A stretch of 64,000 nt of DNA, from NCBI GenBank assembly GCA_036490555.1, contig DASXDO010000006.1:3637-67636 (forward strand), in the 5' to 3' direction. Below the pieces are notes generated by a model, which did not search any database, was not told the DNA's origin, and saw nothing but the letters and a program-made list of their open reading frames with translations. A program made the position numbers and the translations under genes. Source of the DNA: Solirubrobacteraceae bacterium. Its GTDB lineage: Bacteria > Actinomycetota > Thermoleophilia > Solirubrobacterales > Solirubrobacteraceae. Below, one piece after another: positions 46,415 to 56,563 of the stretch; position 1 is the stretch's first letter, and the number at the start of each line of letters is the position of its first letter.

Positions 46415-47661
46415 CCGGGACGCAGACGCCGGCGAGCCCGCTGCAGAGCGGGCTCGAGATCAGCCTCGAACCGCTCGGCGAGGCGGACGGCGAAAGCAGG
46501 CAGCTGCTCAGCCTCAACTTCGGCCCTCACCATCCCGCCACGCACGGGGTGCTGAGGCTGCTCGTGACGCTCGAGGCGGAGGTCGTGCGAGACGTCAAGC
46601 CGATCATCGGCTACGTCCACACCGGCATCGAGAAGACCGCTGAGGACAAGTCCTACTGGAAGGTGATCCCCGTCGTCGAGCGGATGGACTACCTCTCCTA
46701 CTACTTCAACGCGATGGCCTACTGCGGCGCAGTCGAGACCCTGCTCGAGGTCGAGGTCCCAAAGCGGGCCGAATACCTGCGCGTGATCCACCTCGAGCTC
46801 AACCGCATCGCCTCGCACCTGATCTGGCTGGGCACGAGCGCGCTCGACCTTGGCGCGACCTCGCCATTCCTCTACTGCCTGCGCGACCGCGAACAGATCC
46901 TCGACCTCTTCGAGATGTCCTCTGGTCAGCGCATGCATACGCGCTTCTTTCAGGTTGGCGGCGTGATCGAGGACATCCCCGCCGGCTTTGCGAAGAAGTT
47001 GCGGAGCTTCCTCAAGGAGATGCCAACGCGCGTCGACGAGTACAAGGCGTTGCTGTACCGCAACGAGATCGTCCTGCAGCGGCTGCGTGGCATCTGCCCA
47101 CTGGACGCTGAGACGCTGCTCTCCCTCGGCGTGACGGGTCCGCTGCTGCGTGCCGCAGGCAACCCATGGGACCTGCGCAAGGCAAGCCCCTACAGCTCCT
47201 ATGAGGACTTCCAGTTTTGCATCCCAGTTGGCAGCACCGGCGACAACTACGATCGGCTCGCGGTGCGCATCGCCGAGATCTATGAGTCAGTGAAAATCGT
47301 CACCCAGGCGCTCGACGGCCTGCCTGAAGGACCCTATGTCACGACGGACCGCAAGATCGCGCTGCCGCCGCGCCATGAGCTCGCGACCTCGATGGAGGCG
47401 CTGATCCATCACTTCAAGCTCGTGACCGAGGGCTTCAGGGTCCCAAGCGGAGAGGTCTACTTCCCGATCGAGTCGCCACGCGGAGAGCTGGGCTGCTTCG
47501 TGCGCTCCGACGGGTCCTCGAAGCCTGTACGCGTGCACATGCGCGATCCCTCGTTCGTGAACCTCCAGGCCCTCTCTCACATGACCGAGGGCTCCTACAT
47601 CGCCGACCTGATCGCGACGATCGCGATGCTCGACCCGATCCTTGGCGGCATCGATCGCTGA
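46411..47661 (+). CDS. nuoD: NADH-quinone oxidoreductase subunit D homolog
   Basis: [39 protein letters not shown]-terminal GGIDR; no fused NuoC domain. Confidence 0.95.
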   Translation: MTGTQTPASPLQSGLEISLEPLGEADGESRQLLSLNFGPHHPATHGVLRLLVTLEAEVVRDVKPIIGYVHTGIEKTAEDKSYWKVIPVVERMDYLSYYFNAMAYCGAVETLLEVEVPKRAEYLRVIHLELNRIASHLIWLGTSALDLGATSPFLYCLRDREQILDLFEMSSGQRMHTRFFQVGGVIEDIPAGFAKKLRSFLKEMPTRVDEYKALLYRNEIVLQRLRGICPLDAETLLSLGVTGPLLRAAGNPWDLRKASPYSSYEDFQFCIPVGSTGDNYDRLAVRIAEIYESVKIVTQALDGLPEGPYVTTDRKIALPPRHELATSMEALIHHFKLVTEGFRVPSGEVYFPIESPRGELGCFVRSDGSSKPVRVHMRDPSFVNLQALSHMTEGSYIADLIATIAMLDPILGGIDR

Positions 47662-47721
47662 GATCGCCGCCAACGGCGGGTGGGAGGGTCTCGGAGACTG
47701 ATCGAGCCGCGCCTGGAACGC

Positions 47722-49533
47722 CTAGGCGTTCACGCGGCTCAGCGGCTGGGCGGCGAGCCGGTTGTGGCGTGACTTCGTCGTCTGTCGACCTGGCGAGCTG
47801 AAATTCAACGATGTGCGATCGTCGTCAGCAATCGCCTCCTGTTCGGCCGTCGTCGAGTAGTACGCAGATGCGGGTTCAGAGCCCCCACCCTGGACTGGCA
47901 TCGTCTGCTTCGTTGGCACGCTTGGCGAGGCGCCGCCGGACTCGGTGTCCTGCGAGAGCGCGGCGCAGGCTCCAGTGAGCGGCATTTCGACAGAGGTCGC
48001 AGGCAGCGTCGGCACCGTGGTGTTGGGTTCCGATTGGAACATCGTCGAGGTGAGATCACCAACGGTTTCGCGTCTCCAGGCGGAGACGTTCGGCACTTCG
48101 ACCCCGAACCGCGCCGCGATCAGCTGCAGCTGAGAGGTGTGGTCGAAGGTCTCCGAGGCGATGTTGCCGCCGCGGCTGAACGGCGAGATGACGAGCATCG
48201 GCACGCGCACGCCGAGTCCAAGCGGCCCGGCGATGCCAAGCGTCTGCGAGGAATATTCTGGCTCCAGGAGCGAGCTTGGCGTGCCCGTCAAGTACTCGCC
48301 TGGCGTGCCAGCGGGTGGAGTCGGCGGCGGCACGTGGTCGAACCAACCGTCGTTCTCGTCGTACATGAGAAACAACGCGGTCTTCGACCACAGCTCCGTG
48401 TTGGCGATCAGCGCTTCGAGCACGAGCGAGGTGAAGTACATGCCATTCGCCGGCGCCGAGGACGGGTGCTCGTCGAAGCCAAGCGGTGGGATGATCCAGG
48501 AGACGCTTGGCAGCGATCCGGAGGCGATGTCAGAGACGAAGTCATTCGGGAACGTCGGCGTGAAGGCGTTCTTGTAGAGGTTTGAAAGTGGGTTGCGGAA
48601 TGCCGTGAAGTACGGCAGCACGTGGTCAGAGGCGGCCATGACCTCCGGGTTTGCGATCGGGTTGTAGAGCGCAGGACTCCACGTCGGATACTGGGCAAGC
48701 GAGGCGTACTTGCCACTCACGCCGAGATTGCTCGGGCTGTAGAGCTTCCAGGAGACCCCAGCGTCCTGGAGCACCTCCTGCATCGTCGGCCAGGTGCAGT
48801 CCCACAGCAGATCAGGCGTGTCGTTGGTATCGGTGACAGGCCCACCGTGCTGGCCCGCAGGGTCGATCGTGCCGCTGTTCGCCATCAGCCGATTCGGATG
48901 CGTCGGCCCGAGGATCGAGCAGTGATAGGCGTCGCAGAGCGTGAAGGCGTCGGCGAGCGCGTAGTAGAAGGCGAGGTCTTCGCGCTTGTAGTAGCCCATC
49001 GTCATCGCACCGTTGGCCCCCTCGTACTGCGACGAGGTGTGCGTGGAGACGAAGGAGTCCATCTTCCCTTCGTTCCAGCACAGGTGTTGCGGGCCCCAGT
49101 CGTGGGTGAGGTCGTCGGTGCACTCCAACCCTTGGGTGCTGTCAAGATGGAAGGGCAGCAGCACGTTCGGCGGCACCAGCGAGGAGCCTTCTGAGTAGTC
49201 CTGGGCGAAGACGCCAAGCAAGCCCGTGAGGTGGTCGTTGAACCCACGACCCCTTGGGTAGTCGCCGAAGTAATGGTCATAGGAGCGGTTCTCCATCATC
49301 AGGAAGACGATGTGCTCGACGGCCTCGAGATCTGAGCCCGCCGCCGCCGTGCTCGCCGCCTTTGCGACCGTCCCGAGGCCCGCCGCCCTCGCGGCCCATG
49401 AGGCGGCAGGCGTCGCAAGCACCGCGCCTGCGCCAGCCATGCCGAAGTAGCTCATCAACTCTCGCCGAGTCAGCCGCCGACCCTGGAGATCATCGGGCAG
49501 TCGCACAGCCGCATTCCTTTCAGTCGCGCTCAC
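47722..49533 (-). CDS. Phosphoesterase-family phospholipase C, probably Tat-exported
   Basis: TRRELM Tat-like motif; MENRSYDHYFG, GPTHPNR, YDENDGWFDHV, GVRVP; start uncertain. Confidence 0.92.
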   Translation of the reverse strand: MSATERNAAVRLPDDLQGRRLTRRELMSYFGMAGAGAVLATPAASWAARAAGLGTVAKAASTAAAGSDLEAVEHIVFLMMENRSYDHYFGDYPRGRGFNDHLTGLLGVFAQDYSEGSSLVPPNVLLPFHLDSTQGLECTDDLTHDWGPQHLCWNEGKMDSFVSTHTSSQYEGANGAMTMGYYKREDLAFYYALADAFTLCDAYHCSILGPTHPNRLMANSGTIDPAGQHGGPVTDTNDTPDLLWDCTWPTMQEVLQDAGVSWKLYSPSNLGVSGKYASLAQYPTWSPALYNPIANPEVMAASDHVLPYFTAFRNPLSNLYKNAFTPTFPNDFVSDIASGSLPSVSWIIPPLGFDEHPSSAPANGMYFTSLVLEALIANTELWSKTALFLMYDENDGWFDHVPPPTPPAGTPGEYLTGTPSSLLEPEYSSQTLGIAGPLGLGVRVPMLVISPFSRGGNIASETFDHTSQLQLIAARFGVEVPNVSAWRRETVGDLTSTMFQSEPNTTVPTLPATSVEMPLTGACAALSQDTESGGASPSVPTKQTMPVQGGGSEPASAYYSTTAEQEAIADDDRTSLNFSSPGRQTTKSRHNRLAAQPLSRVNA

Positions 49534-49641
49534 GGCCCGTCCTCGCGCGGGCTCGGAGATCAACTACCCAAGAGCCACGCTTTCGATGTGACGATTTCTA
49601 TACGTCACGATGGTGGAGCCGATTCCAACAAGGAGGTCAGC

Positions 49642-50073
49642 ATGAGCACCATCGACGACGGGATGGTCTTGGCCCACTTCATCGTCTCAGACGATGTCGA
49701 GCGTTCCCAGCGCTTCTACACAGAGGTTCTGGGCGGCAGGACTGTGATCTCTGGCGAGGCGGGCGACGAGGTGACCTACGTTGCGCTCGCCAACAGCTGG
49801 ATCATCATCAACCTCGGCGGAGGCCCAACCGACGACAAGCCGACCGTGACACTGGAAACCCAGCCCGATCCAGATCGGGTGAGCAGCTTTCTCAACATCC
49901 GGGTTGCGGACATCCAAGCCGTGTATGCCGAGTGGAGCGCGCGGGGCGCGAACTTCCTCACGCCGCCAAAGCAGCACGAGACCGAGCTGCGCTGCTACAT
50001 CCGCGATCCCGACGGCTACCTGATCGAGGTGGGTCAAACGACGCTGGCGAGAGGCTGGCGCCCACCGTCTTGA
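49642..50073 (+). CDS. VOC/glyoxalase family protein
   Basis: AGGAGG RBS; FYTEVLG, YIRDPDGYLIE. Confidence 0.9.
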   Translation: MSTIDDGMVLAHFIVSDDVERSQRFYTEVLGGRTVISGEAGDEVTYVALANSWIIINLGGGPTDDKPTVTLETQPDPDRVSSFLNIRVADIQAVYAEWSARGANFLTPPKQHETELRCYIRDPDGYLIEVGQTTLARGWRPPS

Positions 50074-50074
50074 G

Positions 50075-50161
50075 CATCCGTCACAGCTAGCTGCTCTCGC
50101 AGTATGCGCCATCCATCACAGCTAGCTGCACTAGCAGTATGCGCAGAGCGCGAGTATGCGC
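50075..50161. repeat. 35-bp direct repeat x2 plus a partial copy, containing palindrome CAGCTAGCTG
   Basis: 50075-50109 and 50110-50144; AGTATGCGC again at 50153. Confidence 0.85.
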
Positions 50162-50183
50162 AAGGCGCACACCAGCGCGTGCG

Positions 50184-50357
50184 TCAGCGACGCTTGGCGA
50201 CCTCGCGGCGCGCGCTTGGATCGCGTGGCGGGAACCGTCTGCGCTCAGCCGGCGTCATCTGCCTGATCACGAGCTTCCCCTCGGCCACCTGCTCGCGGAT
50301 GTCCCGAAGCTTCTCTTCTCGCTTCTCCTGCTGGCGCAGCTGCATTGGGCTTGGCAT
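50184..50357 (-). CDS. Small basic hypothetical protein
   Basis: GAGGAG RBS; 57 aa containing EQVAEGKLVIRQMTPAER. Confidence 0.65.
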   Translation of the reverse strand: MPSPMQLRQQEKREEKLRDIREQVAEGKLVIRQMTPAERRRFPPRDPSARREVAKRR

Positions 50358-50724
50358 GTCCTGCTCCTCGTAGCTGCGGCGCGTGCAGAGCTGACGCGCT
50401 CCGCCGCTGGCTCGGGGGCGAGTGACACGAGTCTCGCCCAAATCTGCCTATCAGCTTAGCGCGCCCTGCCACTGTGTCCGCTCTTTTGACCCCTCTCTGC
50501 TACGTGCGAGCGCGCCTGCAACGCGCCTGCAAGGGGCATGCAGCACCGCCTGCAAGGGCCATGCGATACAGCCGCAAGCGCTGCGCGAGGTGCTAGGTTT
50601 CGTCGCAGCGGTCGAAGTCTCGGCCGCGAGGTCAGCTCGCTTGAGTCCCGCCAGCAGCGGTTCGGGTCAGCATCAGCCTCCCAAACCGCAGGCGCCAGCG
50701 AGCGCCGTCAGGAGCAGTACACAC

Positions 50725-51924
50725 ATGTCTAAGCAGTCCTTCGCCGAGCTCGGCGTCTCGCGCGCCGTCTGCGGCGCACTGAGCCGTCGCAACATAACGG
50801 CGCCCTTCCCCGTCCAGCGACTCGTGCTCGAGGACGCTCTCGCCGGCCGGGACGTCCTCGTCAAGTCGCCAACGGGCTCAGGCAAGACGCTCGCGTTTGG
50901 CATCCCCGTCGCCGAGCGCCTCGAGCGCGGCGGCAAGGGACCTGGCGCGCTCGTGCTCGCGCCGACACGAGAGCTTGCTCGCCAGATCCTCGACGAGCTG
51001 AACGACCTCCTCGCCGCGAAGGGCCTGCGGTCCACCGCTGTATACGGAGGCGTGGGACTGACCGCGCAAGCGCAGCGGGCGGCAAAGGCAGATCTGCTCG
51101 TCGCGACGCCAGGCCGCCTCGAGGACCTGCTCGCTCGAGGCGCGTTCACGCTCGATCGCGTGGGAGTGCTCGTGCTCGACGAGGCCGACCGGATGCTCGA
51201 CATGGGCTTTCGCCCTGCGATCGACAGGATCGTCCGCGCCTGCCCAACCAAGCGCCAGACGCTGCTGTTCTCGGCGACGCTGGACGGAGTCACTGGCGAA
51301 GTCGCAGGCCGCTACACCACCGAAGCGATCGCGCATGAGCATGGCGCGCCGGCGGGCAAATATGACGCGGCTCAGATCGAGCACCGCTTCGTCGCCGTGC
51401 GCAACGGCCAGCGCATCCCAGCGCTCGTCGAGCAGCTCGACGGCGAGCGTGACAGGGCAATCGTGTTCGTACGTACAAAGCACGGCGCAGAGCGCCTCGT
51501 CAAGCAACTCGATGCGCATGGGCTGAAGGCCGTCTCGCTTCATGGCAACAAGTCGCAGGGACAGCGCGACCGCGCCCTGTCGTCCTTCCAGTCCGGCAAG
51601 GTGGACACGCTCGTCGCCACCGACATCGCCGCCCGGGGAATCGACGTCGACGGAGTCTCCCATGTAGTCAACTTCGATCCCCCAGCCGACGAACAGGCCT
51701 ACATCCATCGCATCGGACGCACAGGGCGGGCTGGCGAGCGTGGCATAGGGGTGACACTGGTCGGGGAAGACCAGCATCGGGAGATGCATCAGCTGGCACG
51801 GCGCCTTGGTTTGAGCCATGGCTTGGCAGGAACCGAGGAACGCCATGGAACGAGCAGTGAGCGCACAGCGCCAACTCGCTCGCGCAGGCGCCGACGGGGA
51901 CGGGAGCGCCAGGCCAGCAGTTGA
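50725..51924 (+). CDS. DEAD-box RNA helicase
   Basis: PTGSGKT, PTRELA, DEAD, SAT, HRIGRTGR; AGGAG RBS. Confidence 0.96.
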   Translation: MSKQSFAELGVSRAVCGALSRRNITAPFPVQRLVLEDALAGRDVLVKSPTGSGKTLAFGIPVAERLERGGKGPGALVLAPTRELARQILDELNDLLAAKGLRSTAVYGGVGLTAQAQRAAKADLLVATPGRLEDLLARGAFTLDRVGVLVLDEADRMLDMGFRPAIDRIVRACPTKRQTLLFSATLDGVTGEVAGRYTTEAIAHEHGAPAGKYDAAQIEHRFVAVRNGQRIPALVEQLDGERDRAIVFVRTKHGAERLVKQLDAHGLKAVSLHGNKSQGQRDRALSSFQSGKVDTLVATDIAARGIDVDGVSHVVNFDPPADEQAYIHRIGRTGRAGERGIGVTLVGEDQHREMHQLARRLGLSHGLAGTEERHGTSSERTAPTRSRRRRRGRERQASS

Positions 51925-52089
51925 TGTCCGCCGTGCAACTGACGCAACTGACGGGACACAACTGGCGAGATATTGCTAGCGTCTGCGGCATCAGGTGGGC
52001 AACCAGCCCAAACATCGCAGTGTCAGCGCTCGTAGCCATTGCTTAGCAATTTCCGCGTTCGCCGCACTACTACCGCAAGAGGAAACAGA

Positions 52090-52293
52090 ATGGCTACCGG
52101 AACCGTCAAGTGGTTCAGCGACGACAAGGGCTTCGGCTTCATCACCCCCGACGACGGGTCAAAGGACCTGTTCGTCCATCACAGCGCGATTCTTGGCGAG
52201 GGCTTTCGTTCGCTCGCCGAGGGAGCGAAGGTGAGCTACGAGTCCGAAGCCGGCGACAAGGGCCCGAAGGCCACCAACGTACAGCCGGTCTAG
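52090..52293 (+). CDS. cspA: Cold-shock protein
   Basis: [22 protein letters not shown]. Confidence 0.95.
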   Translation: MATGTVKWFSDDKGFGFITPDDGSKDLFVHHSAILGEGFRSLAEGAKVSYESEAGDKGPKATNVQPV

Positions 52294-52486
52294 CGACCCC
52301 CAGCCGCGCGCAAGCGCGGCTAACCAATAGTCACCAGAGGGCGCTCCTGTCTGATTCGGTTGCGCGACCTACTCACTGGGTGGTCGCGGTCTCGGACGTC
52401 TGAGCGCCTCTCTGGCCAGGGTTGTCGATTGTCGCTGGCTTTGCTGGCGACAATCGACACATCGCCCCAGCGCTGGGGCGAATAGC

Positions 52487-53299
52487 GTGTCGGTCGTGCG
52501 CACCGTGAACGCAACCCGTTATGTCGTCCCTCTGCGCGAGGGCGGCTCGCTGCCAGCGTTGGTGGAGGCCGACGACGACGGCATGTACGTCGTGAAGCTA
52601 CGCGGCGCAGGGCAGGGTCCGCGAGCGCTCGCATCCGAGCTACTCGCCGGCGAGATCGCCCGTACGCTGGGCCTACCCGTGCCCGAGCTGGTGCTAGTCA
52701 CCCTCGATCCCCGGATCGCCGTGGCCGAGCCTGACCCAGAGATCCAGGATCTGCTGCGGGCGTCGGAGGGCCTCAACGTCGGCATGGACTTCCTCCCTGG
52801 CGCGCTCGCGTACAACCCGCTTGAGCCGCTTGCCGCTGAGCTCGCGGCGGACGTCGTGTGGTTCGACGCACTCGTGCTCAACGTCGACCGCACGCCACGC
52901 AATCCGAATCTGCTGCGCTGGCATCGCGATCTGTGGCTGATCGATCATGGCGCAGCGTTCTTTCGTCATCACAGCTCTGCGCAGCCGGGCTGGGACGCCG
53001 CTGCCGCTGCCGTAGAGCCCTTCGGGATGATCGCCGAGCACGTCCTGCTCAGCGACTCAGGACCAGCTGCTGCGGCAGACGAACGCCTCGCCGCGCTGCT
53101 CTCCGACGATGTGCTTGAGCGCCTCGTGAAGCTCGTGCCGCCTGAATGGGCCGACCCAGCTGCATACCTCGACTTCCTGCGGGCGCGACTTGCGGCCCCT
53201 CGATCTTTCGTGCAAGAGATAGAACAGGCCCGCGGGCGACTTGCGGCCCCTCGATTTTTCGTGCAAGAGATAGAACAGGCCCGCGATGCCCAACGATGA
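52487..53299 (+). CDS. HipA-like kinase (HipA_2 type)
   Basis: PLREGGSLP, VVKLRGAGQG, NVDRT..NPN, LIDHG; 51-bp duplication at 53185-53285. Confidence 0.88.
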   Translation: MSVVRTVNATRYVVPLREGGSLPALVEADDDGMYVVKLRGAGQGPRALASELLAGEIARTLGLPVPELVLVTLDPRIAVAEPDPEIQDLLRASEGLNVGMDFLPGALAYNPLEPLAAELAADVVWFDALVLNVDRTPRNPNLLRWHRDLWLIDHGAAFFRHHSSAQPGWDAAAAAVEPFGMIAEHVLLSDSGPAAAADERLAALLSDDVLERLVKLVPPEWADPAAYLDFLRARLAAPRSFVQEIEQARGRLAAPRFFVQEIEQARDAQR

Positions 53300-53669
53300 G
53301 CCCTTCGCCTATGCGCTGCTTCGCGCTGTCCCGCAGGCCCCGCGCGGCGAGTCTCTCAACGTCGGCGTCGTGCTCTTCTGCCGTCGCGCCGATTTCCTCG
53401 GGTTGCGCTGGACGCTCCAGCGTGCCCGCCTGCTGGCTCTTGATCCGACGTTGGACCTCGACGCGCTCGCGGCCCTGCTGCGCACGCTGGAGCGAGTAGT
53501 CGACGGCGACCCGCAGGCTGGCAGCGTCGCTCGCCAACCGCCGTCAGAGCGCTTCCACTGGCTCGTGGCGCCGTCCTCGACGATCGTCGTGCCTGGCGAG
53601 GTGCATACCGGCCTCACATCGGACCCGCGCCTGACGCTCGATCGCTTGTTCGAGCAGCTCGTCGCCTGA
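53286..53669 (+). CDS. DUF3037-like protein
   Basis: YALLRAVP..RGESLNVGVV, ERFHWLVAPSST; usual partner of the HipA-like kinase. Confidence 0.85.
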   Translation: MPNDEPFAYALLRAVPQAPRGESLNVGVVLFCRRADFLGLRWTLQRARLLALDPTLDLDALAALLRTLERVVDGDPQAGSVARQPPSERFHWLVAPSSTIVVPGEVHTGLTSDPRLTLDRLFEQLVA

Positions 53670-53723
53670 GCGAGCTTGTCACCTGAGCCAGCTTGTCACC
53701 TGAGCGAGCTCGTCGCCTGAGCG
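53656..53723. repeat. 17-bp tandem repeat x4 starting over the DUF3037 stop
   Basis: agct(c/t)gtc(g/a)cctgagc(g/c). Confidence 0.9.
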
Positions 53724-53786
53724 GTCAGCGCGAACCGCCAGCCCGCTTTCGGGCAGCGTCCTGGCTGGCTATCGCCTACAACGCTG

Positions 53787-55268
53787 CTATCCCGCCGCGG
53801 ATGCAGCCATCTCCTTGCCGCGCTGAGCCGCGCGTGCGTGCTCGCGACTGTCCCGCGAGGAGATCAGCAGGAGCGTCAGCAGCGCACCAACAAGAGCAAA
53901 GCCGGAACCGACGAGGAACGCGCGCTCGAAGCCCTTCGTCAGCGCGATCCCAACGTCGTGCTGACCGCCATGCAGAACGTCCTGCGTGCGTGTGTTGGCA
54001 AGCGAGGCGAGGATCGCGAGGCCCAGCGCACCGCCAACCTGCTGGGCGGTGTTGACGAGTCCCGATGCGAGCCCAGCTTCCTGCGAACGCGTGCCCGTGA
54101 CGGCGGCGATTGTGACGGGCACGAATGCAAGGCCCAGGCCGACCGCGGCCAGCAGCGAAGGCCCAAGGATGTCGCCGGTGAACGTGCCGCCTTTGCCAGG
54201 CACGAGCGAGAACCAATAGAGGCCACCCGCGATGAATAGCAGCCCGATGAACAGGGTCGGCTTGAAGCCAAAGCGCGTCACAGCCGCCGATGCTGCACCG
54301 GCAGAGAGGATGATCGCAACAGCCAACGGCAGATAGGACAGGCCCGCATGCAACGCCGAGTAGTGCAGCACCTGCTGCATATAGAGCGAGATGAAGAAGA
54401 ACATCGAGAACAGCGACATGCCGATCAGCAGGGCGATCGCGTCCGCGCCGCGCAGGGTGCGCAGACGGAAGATCGAGAATGGCATCAGTGGTGCGCGCTG
54501 ACGCAACTCGATCGCCAGGAACGCCACGAGCAGCACGATCGCCCCGCCGATCAGGAGCAGTGTTTCGGTCGACCCCCAGCCTGCCTTGACGGCGTTTACA
54601 ACGGCGTAGACGAGCAGCGCCAGCCCCGCGGTGACCGCTATCGCGCCAGGTATGTCGAAGTTGCGCACCTCCGCCTCTGAGCGGCTCTCCTGCAGCAGTC
54701 GCGGCGAGAGCAGCGCGCAGATCACGCCGATTGGCACGTTGACGAACAGGACCCAGCGCCATGAGAGGCCGCTCGTGAGGATCCCACCGAGCAGCACGCC
54801 TGCGGCTCCGCCAGCGCCCGCCACCGAGCCCCAGACGCCGAGAGCGCGGTTGCGCTCGGCGCCTTCTGCGAATGTCGTCGTCACGATCGAGAGCGCAGCT
54901 GGAGAGACGATCGCAGCACCCATGCCCTGCACTGCGCGCGCCGCGATCAACCATGGCTCAGACTGTGCAAGCCCACCGGCGAGCGAGGCGAGCGAGAACA
55001 CGACCAGGCCAAGCATGAACATGCGACGCCGGCCCATCAGGTCTGCGAGGCGGCCGCCGAGCAGCAGGAAGCCGCCGAACGTGAGCGTGTACGCGTTCAC
55101 GACCCATGTGAGGTTGTCCTGGGAGAAGTGCAACGCCCGGCCGATCGAGGGCAGCGCAACGTTGACGATCGAAGCGTCGATCACGATCACGAACTGCGTC
55201 ATCGCGAGCAGAGCGAGCGCGAGGTTCTTCGCGCGGGGCGTGCTGAAATCTACTGTGGAGGTCATCAT
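53787..55268 (-). CDS. DHA2 (14-TM) MFS efflux transporter
   Basis: DASIVNVALP, GRLADLMGRRR, WRWVLFVNVPIG; start reassigned to ATG 55268. Confidence 0.95.
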   Translation of the reverse strand: MMTSTVDFSTPRAKNLALALLAMTQFVIVIDASIVNVALPSIGRALHFSQDNLTWVVNAYTLTFGGFLLLGGRLADLMGRRRMFMLGLVVFSLASLAGGLAQSEPWLIAARAVQGMGAAIVSPAALSIVTTTFAEGAERNRALGVWGSVAGAGGAAGVLLGGILTSGLSWRWVLFVNVPIGVICALLSPRLLQESRSEAEVRNFDIPGAIAVTAGLALLVYAVVNAVKAGWGSTETLLLIGGAIVLLVAFLAIELRQRAPLMPFSIFRLRTLRGADAIALLIGMSLFSMFFFISLYMQQVLHYSALHAGLSYLPLAVAIILSAGAASAAVTRFGFKPTLFIGLLFIAGGLYWFSLVPGKGGTFTGDILGPSLLAAVGLGLAFVPVTIAAVTGTRSQEAGLASGLVNTAQQVGGALGLAILASLANTRTQDVLHGGQHDVGIALTKGFERAFLVGSGFALVGALLTLLLISSRDSREHARAAQRGKEMAASAAG

Positions 55269-55421
55269 GGGCCTTCCTGGTCGAGTCGTGGGCACGATGA
55301 TACGAGCGCCTGCTCGTAGGACGAACGGCGCCTTGCCGCATCGACAGCTTTGTGCTGGGGCAGGCAGCGCCAGCCGGCTTCGTTCGTGTTGAAGGGGAGG
55401 ATTGTGAGGGGGTTGGGGTTG

Positions 55422-55583
55422 ATGGCGCGATTCTTGGCGTACACCGCGCCAGGCCGTGGGCATCTGTATCCGCTGGTGCCTGTCCTCGAGGAGCTGCGCG
55501 ATCGTGGACACGAGATCGTGCTGCGTCCGATGGCGAGCGAGGTCGAGGCGATGCGGGCTTGCGGGTTCGACGCCGCGCCATAG
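55422..55583 (+). pseudogene. N-terminal fragment of a GT1/MGT glycosyltransferase
   Basis: MARFLAYTAPGRGHLYPLVPVLEELRDRGHEI, then a stop after 53 aa. Confidence 0.7.
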
Positions 55584-55673
55584 GACTGGGGCGGGCATCG
55601 TGCGCTGTGGCGCCTGGAAGCCGACGTCGATCGATAGCATCGCAGCCGCAACCGGCCCAAAGGACTTCGCAGG

Positions 55674-56357
55674 ATGGCTAGCTCAGTAATCGTAGGAGGA
55701 AGCAGCGGCCTCGGACTCGTGATCGCGCAGCGGCTCGCGGAGCGGGGTCAGGAGGTGGTGATCACCAGTCGCGACGCCGCGAGAGCGGCCAAGGCGGCGG
55801 CGGAGATCGGCGCAAGCCGCGGAGTGGCGGTGGATCTCGCTCATCCAGGAACGATCTCCGAGGCCTTCAGGGGGATCGGCGAGGTTGACAGCCTCGTCAT
55901 CACCGCGATCGAGCAGGCTGTCAACAGCTTCGCGGACTTCGACATCGAGCAGGCCGTGAGGTCGGTAACGGTCAAGCTGGTCGGCTACACAGAGGTCGTG
56001 CGGACGCTTCATCCGCAATTCACGGCTGACGCCTCAGTCGTGCTGTTCGGGGGTCTCGCCAAGGAGCGGCCATATCCTGGCTCGACAATGGTCACCGCAT
56101 TCAACGGCGGTGTCAGCGCCCTCGCAAGAACGTTGGCGATCGAGATCGCCCCGCATCGCGTCAACGTCCTACACCCTGGTGTCGTCGGCGATAGTCCGAA
56201 GTGGCGAGACGTGCCTGAGCACCCTCATATCCCACGCACGCCGATCGGGCGGCTGGTGACGATGGCCGAGGTCGCCGACGCAACCGAATTCCTGCTGCGC
56301 AACACGGGCATAAACGCGCAGGACCTGGTTGTCGACGGCGGCGTGCTCGTAACCTAG
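55674..56357 (+). CDS. Short-chain dehydrogenase/reductase
   Basis: VGGSSGLG, RVNVLHPG, VDGG; lacks a canonical YxxxK. Confidence 0.88.
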   Translation: MASSVIVGGSSGLGLVIAQRLAERGQEVVITSRDAARAAKAAAEIGASRGVAVDLAHPGTISEAFRGIGEVDSLVITAIEQAVNSFADFDIEQAVRSVTVKLVGYTEVVRTLHPQFTADASVVLFGGLAKERPYPGSTMVTAFNGGVSALARTLAIEIAPHRVNVLHPGVVGDSPKWRDVPEHPHIPRTPIGRLVTMAEVADATEFLLRNTGINAQDLVVDGGVLVT

Positions 56358-56486
56358 ACTGAGCCCCACTGGACGGACCTCGCTGGACCGAGCCCTGCTG
56401 GACCGAGCCCTGCTGGACCGAGCCCAGCTAAACCGAGCTCGCTGGACTGAGCTCCGCTAGACCGAGCCCCGCTGGACTGAGCCCCG
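56354..56486. repeat. ~15-bp degenerate tandem repeat x9 (ctggaccgagccctg)
   Basis: First unit contains the SDR stop codon; lies between convergent genes. Confidence 0.9.
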
Positions 56487-56563
56487 CTCGAATTGGCCCT
56501 GTCCGCGCGCGGACCTGCTCGTTGCACCCGATTGAACGCGGGCTTGGGACAGCCGCGAGAGCG

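Noticed and set aside
45755..47661. [NiFe]-hydrogenase small and large subunit pair
   Set aside because: The large subunit lacks both CxxC metal-binding motifs and ends in GGIDR; the small subunit has the tandem CC of NuoB
56354..56486. Short repeat runs (also 53656, 63707) as mini-CRISPRs
   Set aside because: Units are contiguous with no unique spacers; simple minisatellites
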